Assembly (NCBI RefSeq): GCF_006345805.1 | Contig: NC_043010.1 | Coordinates: 18,414,001-18,478,000 of the forward strand | DNA length: 64,000 nucleotides | Source: Octopus sinensis | Lineage: Eukaryota | Direction: 5' to 3' | Shown here: positions 49,930 through 62,826 of the stretch, in pieces | Position numbering within the stretch: the stretch's first letter is position 1 | How the letters are laid out: every line of letters begins with the position of its first letter | Translations under genes and position numbers: made by a program | Notes under the pieces: model-generated | What the model was told of the DNA's origin: nothing | The model's input: only the letters and a program-made list of their open reading frames with translations | Database searches by the model: none

Positions 49930-50830
49930 TTTGTATGTATGTATGTAGGTAGGTAGGTATGTATTGTGTATGTATGTATGTTGTATGTATAATGTGTTTG
50001 TATGTGTTTGGCATGTGTGTATGCATGTGTGTCGCTCGTGGTGTGCGTTGTGTGTGCTGTGGTGTGTTGCGCGTATGCGTGTCCGGTATGAGCGTGTGCG
50101 TGTATGCGTGCGCGTGTATATATGCGTTATGTATGCGTGTGTATGTATGCGTGTATGTATGGGTGTGTTAAGTTGTATTGGTGTATATGTGTATGTATGT
50201 GTGTGTGGGTGTGCATGTGTGTGCATGTCTATGTGTGTATGTGTGTGTAATGTGGTCTGTGTGTGATGTGTATGTCTGTGGGTTGGATGTAGTTTATGTA
50301 TATGTATGTATGTATAGGTATGTATGTGTATGTATGTATGTGTGTGTATGTATCTATGCGTGTATGTATGTGTATGTGTGTATGTATGTATGTATGTATG
50401 TATTAATGTGTTTGTATGTGTTTGCATGTGTGTATGCATGTGTGTGCGCTCGTGTGTGCGTGTGTGTGTGCGTGTGTGTGCGCGTATGCGTGTCCGTGTA
50501 TGCGTGTGCGTGTATGCGTGCGCGTGTATATATGCGTGTATGTATGCGTGTGTATGTATGCGTGTATGTATGTGTGTGTATGTTTGTATGTGTATATGTG
50601 TATGTATGTGTGTGTGTGTGTGCATGTGTGTGCATGTCTATGTGTGTATGTGTGTGTAAATGTGTGTCTGTGTGTGTATGTGTATGTCTGTGTGTATGTA
50701 TGTATGTATGTATATGTATGTATGTATGTATGTATGTGTATGTATGTATGTGTGTGTATGTATCTATGCGTGTATGTATGTGTATGTGTGTATGTATGAG
50801 TGTACATGTATGTGTGCATGTATGTATGTG
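49930..50830. repeat. (GT/GTAT/GC)n compound microsatellite
   Basis: Direct reading of the sequence. Confidence 0.95.
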
Positions 50831-50976
50831 TATGTTCTGGTTTTATTTTTCGAATTTCTCACGAATGGAGAGAGAGCTGGTTTTTAACCCAGAAAGAGAG
50901 CTCTTCCGTTTTAATTTAAACATCAGTGGAGTTACACGCATGCATAAATGTGTGCACGCAAGCATAAGAATGAATG

Positions 50977-51007
<31 letters not shown>

Positions 51008-51292
51008 TGTGTGTGCGTGCGTGTATATATTCATATATAAGCCTGTGTGTATATATAAGCATGTCTGTTTGCACGAATGTATATACACACACGTGCATGC
51101 GCACAATCGAGGCTGTCATTACAGGCGTGAGTGTGTATCTGTATGTCTCAACTCACAAATGCCTACACAAACACACTGTAAGCAGAAGATTGTGTTCTTG
51201 TGGTTCTCTCGAAAGAACATATTCAAAAACAGACAGATCTCTTCCCCAGTGTCTGTATTGCTTTTGAACTTACAACAAATATGTAGACAAGG

Positions 51293-51463
51293 TAGGCGCA
51301 GGAGCGGCTGTGTGGTAAGTAGCTTGCTTACCAACCACGTGGTTCCGGGTTCAGTCCCACTGCGTGGCACCTTGGGCAAGTGTCTTCTACTATAGCCTCG
51401 AGCCGACCAAAGTCTTGTGAGTGGATTTGGTAGACGGAAACTGAAAGAAGCCCGTCGTATATG

Positions 51464-51507
<44 letters not shown>

Positions 51508-51776
51508 GTGAGTGTGTGTGTGTGTGTGTGTGTGCGTATGTGTGTGTGTATATGTTTGTGTGTCTGTGTTTGTCCCGCCCCCATCAACATCGCTTGACAA
51601 CCGATGCTGGTGTGTTTGCGTCGCCGTAACTTAGCGGTTCGGCAAAAGAGGCCGATAGAATAAGTACTAGGCTTAGAAAGAATAAGTCCTGGGGTCGATT
51701 GTCTCGACTAAAAAGGCGGTGCTCCAGCATGGCTGCAGTCAAATGACTGAAACAAGTAAAAGAGTAAAAGAGTAAG
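51293..51776 (+). mobile_element. SINE family B full length
   Basis: GGCGCAGGAGCGGCTGTGTGG head, GGTTCAGTCCC B-box, CCTTGGGCAAG, (TG)n insert, tail GGCGGTGCTCCAGCATGGCTGCAGTCAAATGACTGAAAC-(AAGAGTA)n. Confidence 0.9.
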
Positions 51777-52358
51777 GTGATATTTACACGTGCTCCAAGA
51801 GAGACGAAAGAGGAATCACAGATACCTGTCTAAGGAACCAAACCTAGGGAAGTGGGTGGATTCTTAGATCCTGAAATCAATTTGAGGATCAGGTTGTAGG
51901 AAGGCTTCAGTTCTGGAGAAACGAGTCTGCTCCAACAGGGACTTGAAACTATCCAGAAAGCGTCCAAGAGACAATGGTAATTCCCTTTTTACAGCGATAT
52001 CGACAGCACAACAACAATAAGAACAACAACAACAACAACAACAATGCTAGTAACAAAATAAAAAGAAAACAAGAGACGAGTGTATCAACCGCTTCCAAAC
52101 ACATTCTCCTCTTTGTTGGATTTCCCAGCCTCCAGTTTGGTGGTCTGTCTTTGTGTGTGTGTGTGTGTGTGTGTGCGTGTGTGTGTGTGTGCGTGTGTGT
52201 GTGTGTGTGGTGTGCGTGTGTGTGTGTGCGTGTGTGCAAATATGCCTGTGCGCGTGCGGATGTGTGCTCGCGTGAGTGCATGTCTGTCTGTCTCTGCCTC
52301 TTTCTCTCTCTCTTAGCCACTACACACATTTTTTTCTCTCCTTGTTTTTTCTGTGTAC

Positions 52359-52490
52359 CTTTCTGTAGAAGAGCGTAGGCTCGAAACGTAAAAGACTTTT
52401 TCTATTCCTGAGCGTTATACTAATACATCTGTTTGCTTTGTACACCACCTGTCTTCGTCTTTTGTTTTTTTCGTAAACTTTCCCTATATA
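52359..52490 (+). mobile_element. PLE pseudo-LTR fragment with minimal HHR-like motif (52359-52394)
   Basis: CTTT-CTGTAGA-A-GAGC-GTAG-GCTC-GAAAC-GTA-AAAG; ends in (TA)n. Confidence 0.55.
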
Positions 52491-52804
52491 TATATATATA
52501 TATATATATATCTTCATCTCTCTCACTCACTCTTTATCTTTCTCTCTCCACACACACACACACGTATTCTATGCCTGTCAGCAAAGGAAGTCATCTGTGG
52601 ATAGACAAAGAAGATTGTTAAAAAGATTAAAAGTAAATCTATGCCTTTCAATTCATTATAAAAATGCTAATTAATGTAATTAATATTAGAGAGGCACAGT
52701 ATCCTCACCGGTTTCAATTCGTTTTACATATTAACATGTGACGATGGTTTCACCGCGGGTCCCACGTTAAAATTCCAATTTCGCTAAATATCTTTTATGT
52801 TTTA

Positions 52805-53000
52805 TCTTTCACTTGTCTCAGTCATTACACTGTGGCCATGCTGGAGTACCGCCTTCAGCAGTTTTTAGTCAAACTACTCCACTCCTGTACTTTTCTTATT
52901 CTTTAAACCTGGTACTTATCCTATCGGACTCTTTTGCCGAACCGCTAGGTTACGAGAATAAAACAAACCAAACCGGTCATCATACAGTGGGGGGGGGCAC
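52805..53000 (-). mobile_element. SINE family B 3' half
   Basis: Reverse complement of CTAGCGGTTCGGCAAAAGAG..GGCGGTACTCCAGCATGGCCACAG. Confidence 0.75.
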
Positions 53001-53020
53001 ACAGAGAAAAAGACACACAC

Positions 53021-53270
<250 letters not shown>

Positions 53271-53281
53271 AATGGATAGAT

Positions 53282-53337
<56 letters not shown>

Positions 53338-53349
53338 AGATAGATAGAT

Positions 53350-53382
<33 letters not shown>

Positions 53383-53411
53383 AGATGATAGATGATAGAT
53401 AGATAGATAGA

Positions 53412-54957
53412 TATGTTTCTTTATTGCCACCACAAGGGCTGCACACAGATAGAACAAATTACAAGGTAGAGCTTCTTTTCTTTTGGTTTAAAAAAAAAAA
53501 AAAAAAAGGAAAGGGGGGAGTTTCGATCAAAAGGGATCGTAAAAGGAGAGAAAGAGGACAAAAAAGGGGGGGGGTTAAAAAAGGGGGGGAGAGGAAAAAA
53601 AAAATTGATCAATAGGGATCGTTTATCACAGAATGTCAATATGAAGTGTTAAAGGGGGGAGGACAGGTGAGGTTTACCCGTGGAAAGAAAAGCCTACGGA
53701 AAAGACCACGGTAACCTCGGTCAATGAAGTCACATTTTATATTTCTTTTTTTTTTTTTTTTGCAAATAAGCAAATCTCTGTTTTCAATTTCTGGGTTCAT
53801 AGGATTATGCTCAAGGTGGCTTCGTCATTCATACGTGCCATTCTTGCTACATTCACCCATCTTTTTTTAAAACATTCGCTAGACAAAACTTGCCTCTCTA
53901 CTCTCACTTCCTTTTCAAGTGGTACTTGAGAAGTTGATAGAGATTGACCAGAGAGGAAAGTGTTTGTCTCCAATCCTTTCAGGACGCGTCCACCAGATAC
54001 ATTCTTCGCCATAGCCACAAGGATGATGAAAATAGCTCTTCCTTCCCGTTTGAAGGAAGGAGGCGTGACAATATTGACGATAGACTCAGCTGATAAACCG
54101 ACTCGTCCCACACGTGACAGCAGTCGTTCGACATAAGCCCACAGGTCGGAAATGTTGGACACTGAACGAGTGCGTGCAGAACGGTTTCGTCGCTCTGACC
54201 GCATCTCGGGCAGGTCGGCCCCGTGTTTCTCGAGCCGTGTCTGTAGAGCTTATCCCGAACGGGTAGCGCTTCTCGGTAGCACTGCCAGGCCAGGGATCTC
54301 TGGAAGTTGTCCATGGGCCTGGCCCGAAAGTCGTCCCGAACAGGCGGGTCAGGTACTCCTCGTCGACGTCCAGGTTCGCCCTGAGCTCGTCGTCGTACCT
54401 CCCCTCCACTAAACCCCTATAGAATGCTTTGGTTGTGTTGAAGTCACTTAAGGTCGACCCAGGACGGCAGAGTTGCTTGAGAGCAACGCGACACTCGCGG
54501 TGCCATTCGCCCTTCCTCGGCTCTTTTTGATCCACGACTGCAGTTCGGTCATGGAGACGAGCTGCGGGAAAGCGTGCCTCACAAACGGCGACCACACCTG
54601 TTCACCGTCGTCTACATAGAGCCAGAGATGTCGCAGTCTCAGCGCGTGTCTGCGCATCATCAACCACGGCATGCCCAGCCCTCCTTTTAACGGGTGTTGA
54701 CAGCAAATGGATCGCCTGACCATCGGGACGCATCCTTCCACAGAAGCGAAAGAGAATGCGTTGTAGTTTGGTGATGGTAGGGTCGGGACAAGGTACGACG
54801 GTCAGGCGGTAGTAGATGACGGACGCGATGTACGTGTTCGTCACCTCCGCTCGACCTTTTAGGGACAGTTTCCTCTCGGCCCATTGCCGGGCGAGAGTGA
54901 CCACCCTACTCGTTATCTCGTTCCAGCTCTTCTCCACTTGGAGGTCCGGACCAAACC

Positions 54958-54960
<3 letters not shown>
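53412..54960 (-). mobile_element. Tx1-clade (L1 group) LINE, 5'-truncated ORF2 C-terminus + 3' UTR, inside (GATA)n
   Basis: WFGPDLQVEKSWNE..W..RKLSLKGRAEV..KGGLGMP..CPRCGQSDETVLHALVQCP (CCHC zinc finger); frameshifted; 3' end AATAAAGAAAC-(TATC)n. Confidence 0.88.
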
Positions 54961-55049
<89 letters not shown>

Positions 55050-55085
55050 GGATAGATAAAGATAGATGGATAGATAGATAGACTA

Positions 55086-55530
55086 CCAGACTCGTTGGTA
55101 TTAGCCCGAGTTGCTTTCCTTTAAGAATATCGTAGAACGGCAACTTTTCATAGCTAGGAATTTAAATCCTAATCTCTATAGAAATTTATTGTTTCAAGAA
55201 AACATTGAATTTGAATTACTTTTAATTTTTACGATTATAGATAACAACTCGGGCTGTAACTTCTGAGCCCGAGCCAGGCGCGTGTGAACGATGTTAAGAG
55301 AACGTCTGCAACAAATTATATTTTTTTGACACAGGGCAACTCTAACACAAGCACCATACACAGAACAAAGATAAATAAACTGCGACGAGGTTCAATCAAA
55401 GGAGCCCAAGTTATTGGCTGCAATTACATACTTGAAGTCAGTGTTGGCAGAAATTAAATCAGCTTGTAAATAGACGTTCCCTTTACTAACTGTATACACG
55501 GGCTAAGCCCGAACAGCCCGAGTCGTCACT

Positions 55531-55531
<1 letters not shown>
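55086..55531. mobile_element. Truncated second copy of the 28895 hAT element
   Basis: Colinear from CCAGACTCGTTGGTATTAGCCCGAG to terminal GAGTCGTCACTG. Confidence 0.85.
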
Positions 55532-55591
<60 letters not shown>

Positions 55592-56158
55592 GTTGTGTCT
55601 GGGGAGAGTCATTCTCTTTTGGTGCCTTATAAATTAACACACACACCGGTAAAATTTCCACTTTTTTTTTTCATTTTCGTCGCGTCTTGCAACCTTTTCA
55701 ATAGTTTTGACTCAGTCCGTTACTCACACTTGCCCAAGGTACCAGGCGGTGGGACCGAACTTGAAACCATGTGGTTGGGAAGCAACCTTCTTATCTTATT
55801 TGTCTTCATTATGCTGTCTTTAGTGTCTAACTTCAGTGTTTCATCACATCCGATTTCACTATATCTCTCACATCACTAAGTGATGCACATTCGTACATAA
55901 GCATATGCGAGAAATAATTGCATCCTGAACTTGTTATATTCTCTTAATTTCTGTTATTGTATATCAATGATATCTGCATTGATAGCCATTCAGCCATATT
56001 AGATCACTTTATCTATCAAACTACTGTTGATAGCATTATAGGAATTATATTCGATAATTTAGTTATATCTGATAATTGATATATTCTGCTGATATGCAAC
56101 GGCTAAGAGATTCTGTTCTCTCTCACACAAATACACCTAAATATATGTATGCATAGGT

Positions 56159-56207
<49 letters not shown>

Positions 56208-56605
56208 ATATTATATATATATATATATATATATGCATATACACACATACAAGTACATGGCTACATATATATGCATAAATATATACATGTATATATGGGT
56301 ACAGGGTGTCAAAGAAATCGTGAACAAAATGAGAAACGAGAACATAAAAAACAAAAGCATGGAAAACGAACTTTTTTTTCGAACAAAGAAAATAAAAGAA
56401 AATGCGAAAGTAGGTATATGAGTATAACTGCAGTAATGTATCAAGTCCATTTACACATTTCTCAACACATACTGCTGTTATGACTTCCCTGCCTCATTTT
56501 ATGCCGCCATCGTAGATGGGTAGATTTGCTAGTATCTAGTTTAGTTAGAAGATCCCAAATGCTAGAGAGGGTGGCCAAGTCGTTTAATATCATAGCACAT
56601 AAATT

Positions 56606-56642
<37 letters not shown>

Positions 56643-56924
56643 GCCAGTAGCCGTTGTCTGCTGATTGTTGATGTCGTCGTATGTCACGAGTGGTCTTATG
56701 AGGTTTCGTTGATGTTGCTATGGTGACTGGTTGAGTTGAATGAAAACACGTTTCTTGGGCTGCTGCGTGAAGAAACAACAGATCGATACCCTCGAACATT
56801 TAAGACAAGAATTCCTTATTGCTCATAAAGACAAACCGCAATAATTATATACTGGGAGAGAGATACAGTTCTGAGCTTAGTTCGTCATCTGTCTGAGCCG
56901 TCTGCGTGAGCCATCTGGTGGGAC

Positions 56925-57155
56925 AGCGGCGAGCTGGCAGAAACGTTAGCACGCCGGACGAAATGCTTTGCGGTATTTCGTCTGCCGCTACGTTCTGAGT
57001 TCAAATTCCGCCGAGGTCCACTTTGCCTTTCATCCTTTCGGGGTCGATAAATTAAGTACCAGTTAAGCACTGGGGTCGATGTAATCGACTTAATCCGTTT
57101 GTCTGTCCTTGTTTGTCCACTCTATGTTTAGCCCCTTGTGGGTAGTAAAGAAATA
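56925..57155 (+). mobile_element. SINE family A full length
   Basis: Head, central domain and tail all present. Confidence 0.9.
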
Positions 57156-57731
57156 GGTAAACAAGACGACCAAAGTTTGTTTTTATTCCAAAGTCTGGGG
57201 TATCCCGCCCCTAAGCCCTAGACCATCACCTAATCACCATTACCCGTCTTGTTGCTTAACAACAACAGCAGCAACAACACCAGCAACCACTCCCAGCGTC
57301 ACCTTTAACCACACCAACAGTTCAAACAGCCAAGACAATGATATAACAAAATAATCAAAAAGCGAAAAAAAAAGGGCAATAAGACTCACTTTCGACAAAA
57401 AGTGAAACATTTAAAATTTTAAATAGAAATAAAAACTACAAAAGAAAAACAAATTTTTGAGAAAAAAAATACAAAAGGAAGGGAGATGAGAAAAATATTT
57501 TACGTGAACATGACAACATGAGCACAGTAAAATAATCACACACACACACACAACGTATATAGTCGTAAATAAATCATAGAAAAATAAATTCAAAGAAAGA
57601 AAACATTAAAATGGCCGTATGTCTGTCAGCTGAAATATTTATGGCGACTTTCGCGCCTTTTCTCTCTTTTTTTCACCATTTTAATTGAATCCTGTTGTCT
57701 GCTCCAGTGAATTTTATTTCATATAATGCTC

Positions 57732-57774
<43 letters not shown>

Positions 57775-57820
57775 TGTGTATGTGTGTGTATGTGTATATA
57801 CATATAGATTTGTATCTATG

Positions 57821-57854
<34 letters not shown>

Positions 57855-58060
57855 GAGTGAGAGAGAAAGGGAGAGAGAGAGAGCCGTGTGTGTGTGTGTA
57901 TCGGGAGGTTATAGTTTACATAGCATGAACGCTGTGTAAACCGATACACGTATCTGCATTGAGCCTACAGTGCAATGAATATACAATTCAAATGTTCAGA
58001 CCAAACCTTTAACATCAAAAGGAAACACATCCACGCGCAAACCGACAAAATAATAAACTA

Positions 58061-58105
58061 GGGGGCGGAGTTTCGAGGCGGGGGTCGGGCGGGGAACTGG
58101 GGGGG
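58061..58105 (+). promoter_or_regulatory. GC-box / G-quadruplex-forming cluster
   Basis: GGGGGCGGAG..GGCGGGGG-TC-GGG-C-GGGG-AACT-GGGGGGG: five G3+ runs and two Sp/KLF-like GC boxes. Confidence 0.35.
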
Positions 58106-59343
58106 TGCTCTTTCGGTAATAAGTTCCCTTTGTTATTGTCCTGTTATTCATATTGTTTTATGGTTGTTTGCAATTCTTGGTGCCGTTGATTTGTCTGTTT
58201 TTAGGGAGCCGAGGAGGGGTCTGCATGTAGTTTCCTTAAGTTGTTTTTTTGTTTTTCTTTTAAAGATCCGTGTATGTTACTCATCATTTTGTCAAGGGAA
58301 TTGTGTTTTATGAGGTTTGTTGGGGGGGGGGGGGGGTGCATGGCATATTGTTGTGTCGTAGATGTTTGTTGTTGTTGGTGTTGGTGTTGTTGTTGAAGGC
58401 GTTGCTTACCACTTTTATCAATTTCTATGCATATATCTGTCGGTTCATCTACTTACACACGCACACAGACAAATACACACAAACGCACACACACATAAAC
58501 GCACACACACACATATAATTTGTAATAATGAAGTCAAACCAAATATCTTTAACGCATTTAATACGTACGTTTCAGGTAACACGATATGTGTGTGTGTGTG
58601 TGTGTGTGTGTGCGTGCGTGCGTGTATGTGTGTATGTGCGTGTGTTTCAAAATTCTAAAAAACCCCGAAAGACAGAGGCAGGTGAGGGAACGCCAAATAA
58701 GGTGTATTAATTTGGTGCTTAGAAAACACACGCACGCGCGCGCGCACACACGCAAACACGCACGCACACGCAAACACGCACACTCACGCAAACACGCACG
58801 CATACGCACGCACACACATGCACGCATGCACACGCACGCACATACGCACGCACACACATACACACGCACGCACATACACACGCACGCACATACACACGCA
58901 CGCTCATACGCACGCACGCATATACGCACACTCATGCACACACACACATATATTGCGGGTTTGTTTTATAGTAACGGGAACACAATTCTATCGATCCGGG
59001 AAGGATGGCGGGGTGTCGATGAAATAAAGTATTCGATGAGCACTGGCATCGATTTGATTGACGCACCCCGTTCTCCAAAATTTCAGGCTTTGCGTCCATG
59101 GCAGAAAGAATTGCTATTATTAAGGTAGCGACCTCGCAGATTCGTTTCTACGCCGAGTAAAGTGCTTCACGGCATTTCGTCCGTCTTTACGTTCTTAGAA
59201 CAAATTCCGCCGAGGTCGATTTTGACGTTCATGCTTTTGGGTGGTCGATAAAATAAAGTACCGATCAAATACTGCAGTTAATGTAATCAACTTGCCCCTT
59301 TCCCTCAAATTTAGAAACCTTTATTACTATTATTATTATTATT

Positions 59344-60442
59344 CCTTCGTAACACGGTGTAGGTAAAAATGCACCGGAGTCTTTAGTCAGCTGTCAAGTC
59401 CCAACAAGGACCTCAGACGGATAATACTTAAGATGTGTGCTCAATAAGGCTGCTTTTTGTAAGACCTCACCCTTTCATGAGATTTCTAGTTGCCTTAAGA
59501 AGTCTTGAAGTTTCAATGCTCTTGAAGCCCAATGCTCTGATCACTTTTACATTACCCTCTCGCATTCCGTACAATCTTGCCATTTCCTCTTTCAATTCGG
59601 AGTACTTGGTGATTTTTTTAACCTCTTTACTCACAGCATCCAAGTCATTTGGATGACCTGAAATTGTTTGGGAAATCTGAAAAACAGATAGATTCCTTAA
59701 CCAAAACAGTCCAGAAGTGTGGTAGGGACATCGGTATGGAATTTGGGATTACCAAATGCTCAGTACTTAATATGAAAAGAGGGAAGAAAGCAGCCTGCAG
59801 AGTAGAACTGGGATGAGCATGTACCAAGTAAAGTTATGCATGAGGATGGAAAAGTAACGATACTCTGGGACTATGGTTTTCAGACGGATCGTCTGCAAGG
59901 CTCTCACATCTACTGACCAAGTGGGTCATATTTTCCGCACACTCTTTCCACAGAGTCTGCATTTCTAGGTGTCAGAAGTTTTAAAGATGTTATACTTCAC
60001 TGAATTGGTAGCGAGAGCCTGACCTTGTGCAGCAATGATCAGGCTTTCGGTGCTACGCTTCAAATCACCTCACTCAAGCCATACCCATGATGCTGTATTA
60101 TCCTTAACGTCCTGTGTATTCCTTTCAAACTGTCTATGCATTCTCATTTCAAGATGGTCTTCTTTTCTCTTTTGCTTAAACTCTTCCTTGCCCACCATTT
60201 CATCTGCATTTACACCCATACCTTTCGCGGCATATTGCAGCAGGTCTTCATCGCTATTTATCAAATACTCGGCAAGCATTCTCCTATCACTCTTTATAGA
60301 ATGGTCTACATTAATTAGTCCTCTACTATCATTCTTTCTTTTCATATACAGTCTGTTTACGTTTGCTTCAGGGTGTGCGTCCCATGAAGCGTCATCAACT
60401 TTTTCGTCCTTCTATCCAGTGTTGATATTTCCTCCTTAGTCC
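59344..60442 (-). mobile_element. R4/Dong element copy A (rearranged, internal inversion ~59650-59892)
   Basis: RGLINV..IIAAQ..KCRLCGK; KITKYSELK..; 3' end abuts (TAA)n. Confidence 0.8.
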
Positions 60443-60455
60443 ATTATTATTATTA

Positions 60456-60492
<37 letters not shown>

Positions 60493-60508
60493 CATTATTA
60501 TTATTATT

Positions 60509-61627
60509 CCTTCGTAGCACACTGTAGGTAAAAATGCACTAGAGTCTTTAGTCATCTGTCAAGTCACAAGGACCTCAGACAGATAATACTTAAGATGTGC
60601 GCTGTGCCCAACAAGGTTGCTTTTTGCAAGACATCAATCTTGCATGAGATTTCCAGTTGCCTTAAGAAGTCTTGAAGTTTCAATGGGATTGAGCCCAACG
60701 CTCCGATCACCACAAGTATCATTTTTGCATTACCCACTCGCATTCCATACAGTCTTGCCATTTCCACTTTCAATTCGGAGTACTTGGTGATTTTTTTCAA
60801 CCTCTTTACTCACAAAATTCATGTCATTTGGTATGGCTACATCAATGATCTGACAATATTTGTCTCTCTCATTGAATATGACAATATCCGACCGACGGTG
60901 TTCGATTACACGATCCGTCTGAAAACCATAGTCCCAGAGTATCGTTACTTTTCCATCCTCCTGCATAACTTTACTTGGTACATGCTCATCCCAGTTCTAC
61001 TCTGCAGACTGCTTTCTTCCCTCTTTTCATATTAAGTACTGAGCATTTGGTAATCCCAAATTCCATACCGATGTCCCTACCACACTTCTGGACTGTTTTG
61101 GTTAAGGAATCTATCTGTTTTTCAGATTTCCCAAACAATTTCAGGTCATCCATACACAGAAGATGGTTCAATGATGGGCCTTTCTTCCCACGTCGGTAAC
61201 CCATCTAAACTTTCCTAAGTGTCATTGTTATGGGATTTAGTGCAATTACAAAAAGCAACGGAGAAAATGAGTCACCTTAGAAGATTCCCCTTTTAATATT
61301 AACTTCTCCAAGGAATACATTACTTGAGTACAATTTGGTTTTCCCACTCTTTCCTGCTATGCATCAGAAAATTTATGATGTCAGCAACACCAAACATCTG
61401 CAGGCATTCAACGATCCAAGAATGAGGCATCATATCATACGCCTTCTTAAAGTCAATCCAAGCCATAGTCATATTTGTATGATGTTTTTTACAATGTCTC
61501 AAAACTGTTTTATCGATGACCAGGTGATCCTTGGTACCCTGAGAACTCTTCCTATATCCTTTTTGTTCCTTTGGTAGTATTTCTTCCTGTGCTAGGAAAG
61601 TGTATGTCTTTGCCGCACATATTCCAG
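60509..61627 (-). mobile_element. R4/Dong element copy B (internally deleted)
   Basis: MAWIDFKKAYDMMPHSW, LLCMDDLKLF, TILWDYGFQTDRVIEHRRSDIV..IIDVAIPND..EK (restriction-like endonuclease), VVIGALGS, LLGTAHIL. Confidence 0.85.
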
Positions 61628-61642
61628 TTGTTATTGTTGTTG

Positions 61643-61697
<55 letters not shown>

Positions 61698-61913
61698 GGC
61701 GGCGAGCTGGCAGAAACGTTAGCGCGCCGGACGAAATGCATAGCGGTATTTCATCTATCTTTACGTTCTGAGTTCAAATTCCGCCGACTTTGATTTTCAT
61801 CCTTTCGGGGTCGATTAAATAAGTACCAACTATACACTGGTGTCGATGTAATCGACTTAATCCCTTTGTCTGGCCTTGTTTGTCCCCTCTATGTTTAGCC
61901 ACCTGTGGGTAAG
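61698..61913 (+). mobile_element. SINE family A inserted in (ATT)n between Dong copies
   Basis: Head, central domain and tail all present. Confidence 0.85.
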
Positions 61914-61937
61914 AAATTATTATCATCATCACCATTA

Positions 61938-61971
<34 letters not shown>

Positions 61972-61972
<1 letters not shown>

Positions 61973-62750
61973 CAGTAATCTTTATTTTTAGCACGTACTT
62001 ATCACTACAGCTCTATGTGTCTTGGGTATGTGCTGTGGTTTGTTATGATGCTCTTGTTTTTTACTTACGTAAGATGTGTGCGGTGCCTAGTAGTTCTATT
62101 TTCTGTATGTTATTTATACTTGTTCGTTCTGATGTTTTGTTATGTATTTGTCTGAATATTTTTTTATCATACCTAATGTGCCTATTATCATAGAAATTGT
62201 TTATTTTTTAGACTCCACATTCGAGTCAACCTCTATTTCCTGATCTTTGTATTTTGGAAGTTTCTTCGTTTCATTTAGAGAAAGTGTCATCTACTGGTAT
62301 CGATATACCATTACAAAGCATTTTTTTCTTGGTGATCTCTGACAACTATATCTGGCCGATTGGCCTTAATTTCTCTATCTGTGTATATTAGCATATCCCA
62401 GATTATGGTTGCGTTCTCGTTTTCTGTGACCTTTTCTGGCGTGTACCTATACCATCTTTTTTCTGTTGTTATTCCATAGTGTTGGCATAGCTTCCAGTGT
62501 ATATAGGGTTCGACTCTATCGTGTCTGAACATATTTCTTTTTAACCAGGACTGGACAACTAGAGACAATATGATATATTGTTTCTTGTCCATCTCCACAT
62601 AGTCTGCATTTACTTGTATTTCTTTTCATTACATGTTTTTGGTGATTTCTGGTGGGAAGGCTTTGATCTTGTGCTGCAATTAAAAATCCTTCAGTCTCTG
62701 CTTTGAGTCCTGAGCTTCTCAGCCTTTGTTGGTATTTTGCTTTGTCTGTT
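61972..62750 (-). mobile_element. R4/Dong element copy C (different subfamily, zinc finger + endonuclease)
   Basis: GLKAETEGFLIAAQDQSL..KCRLCGDGQETIYHIVSSC..RHDRV..IHWKLC..IIWDM..ANRPDIV..LLGTAHILRK*; 3' end abuts (TAA)n. Confidence 0.85.
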
Positions 62751-62775
62751 ATCATCGTCATCATCATCATCATCA

Positions 62776-62826
<51 letters not shown>

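Noticed and set aside
57194-57354. Possible terminal exon (acceptor TTTTTATTCCAAAG, WGIPPLSPRPSPNHHYPS..DITK*)
   Set aside because: Weak AAG acceptor, low-complexity peptide, no recognisable homology and no partner exon.
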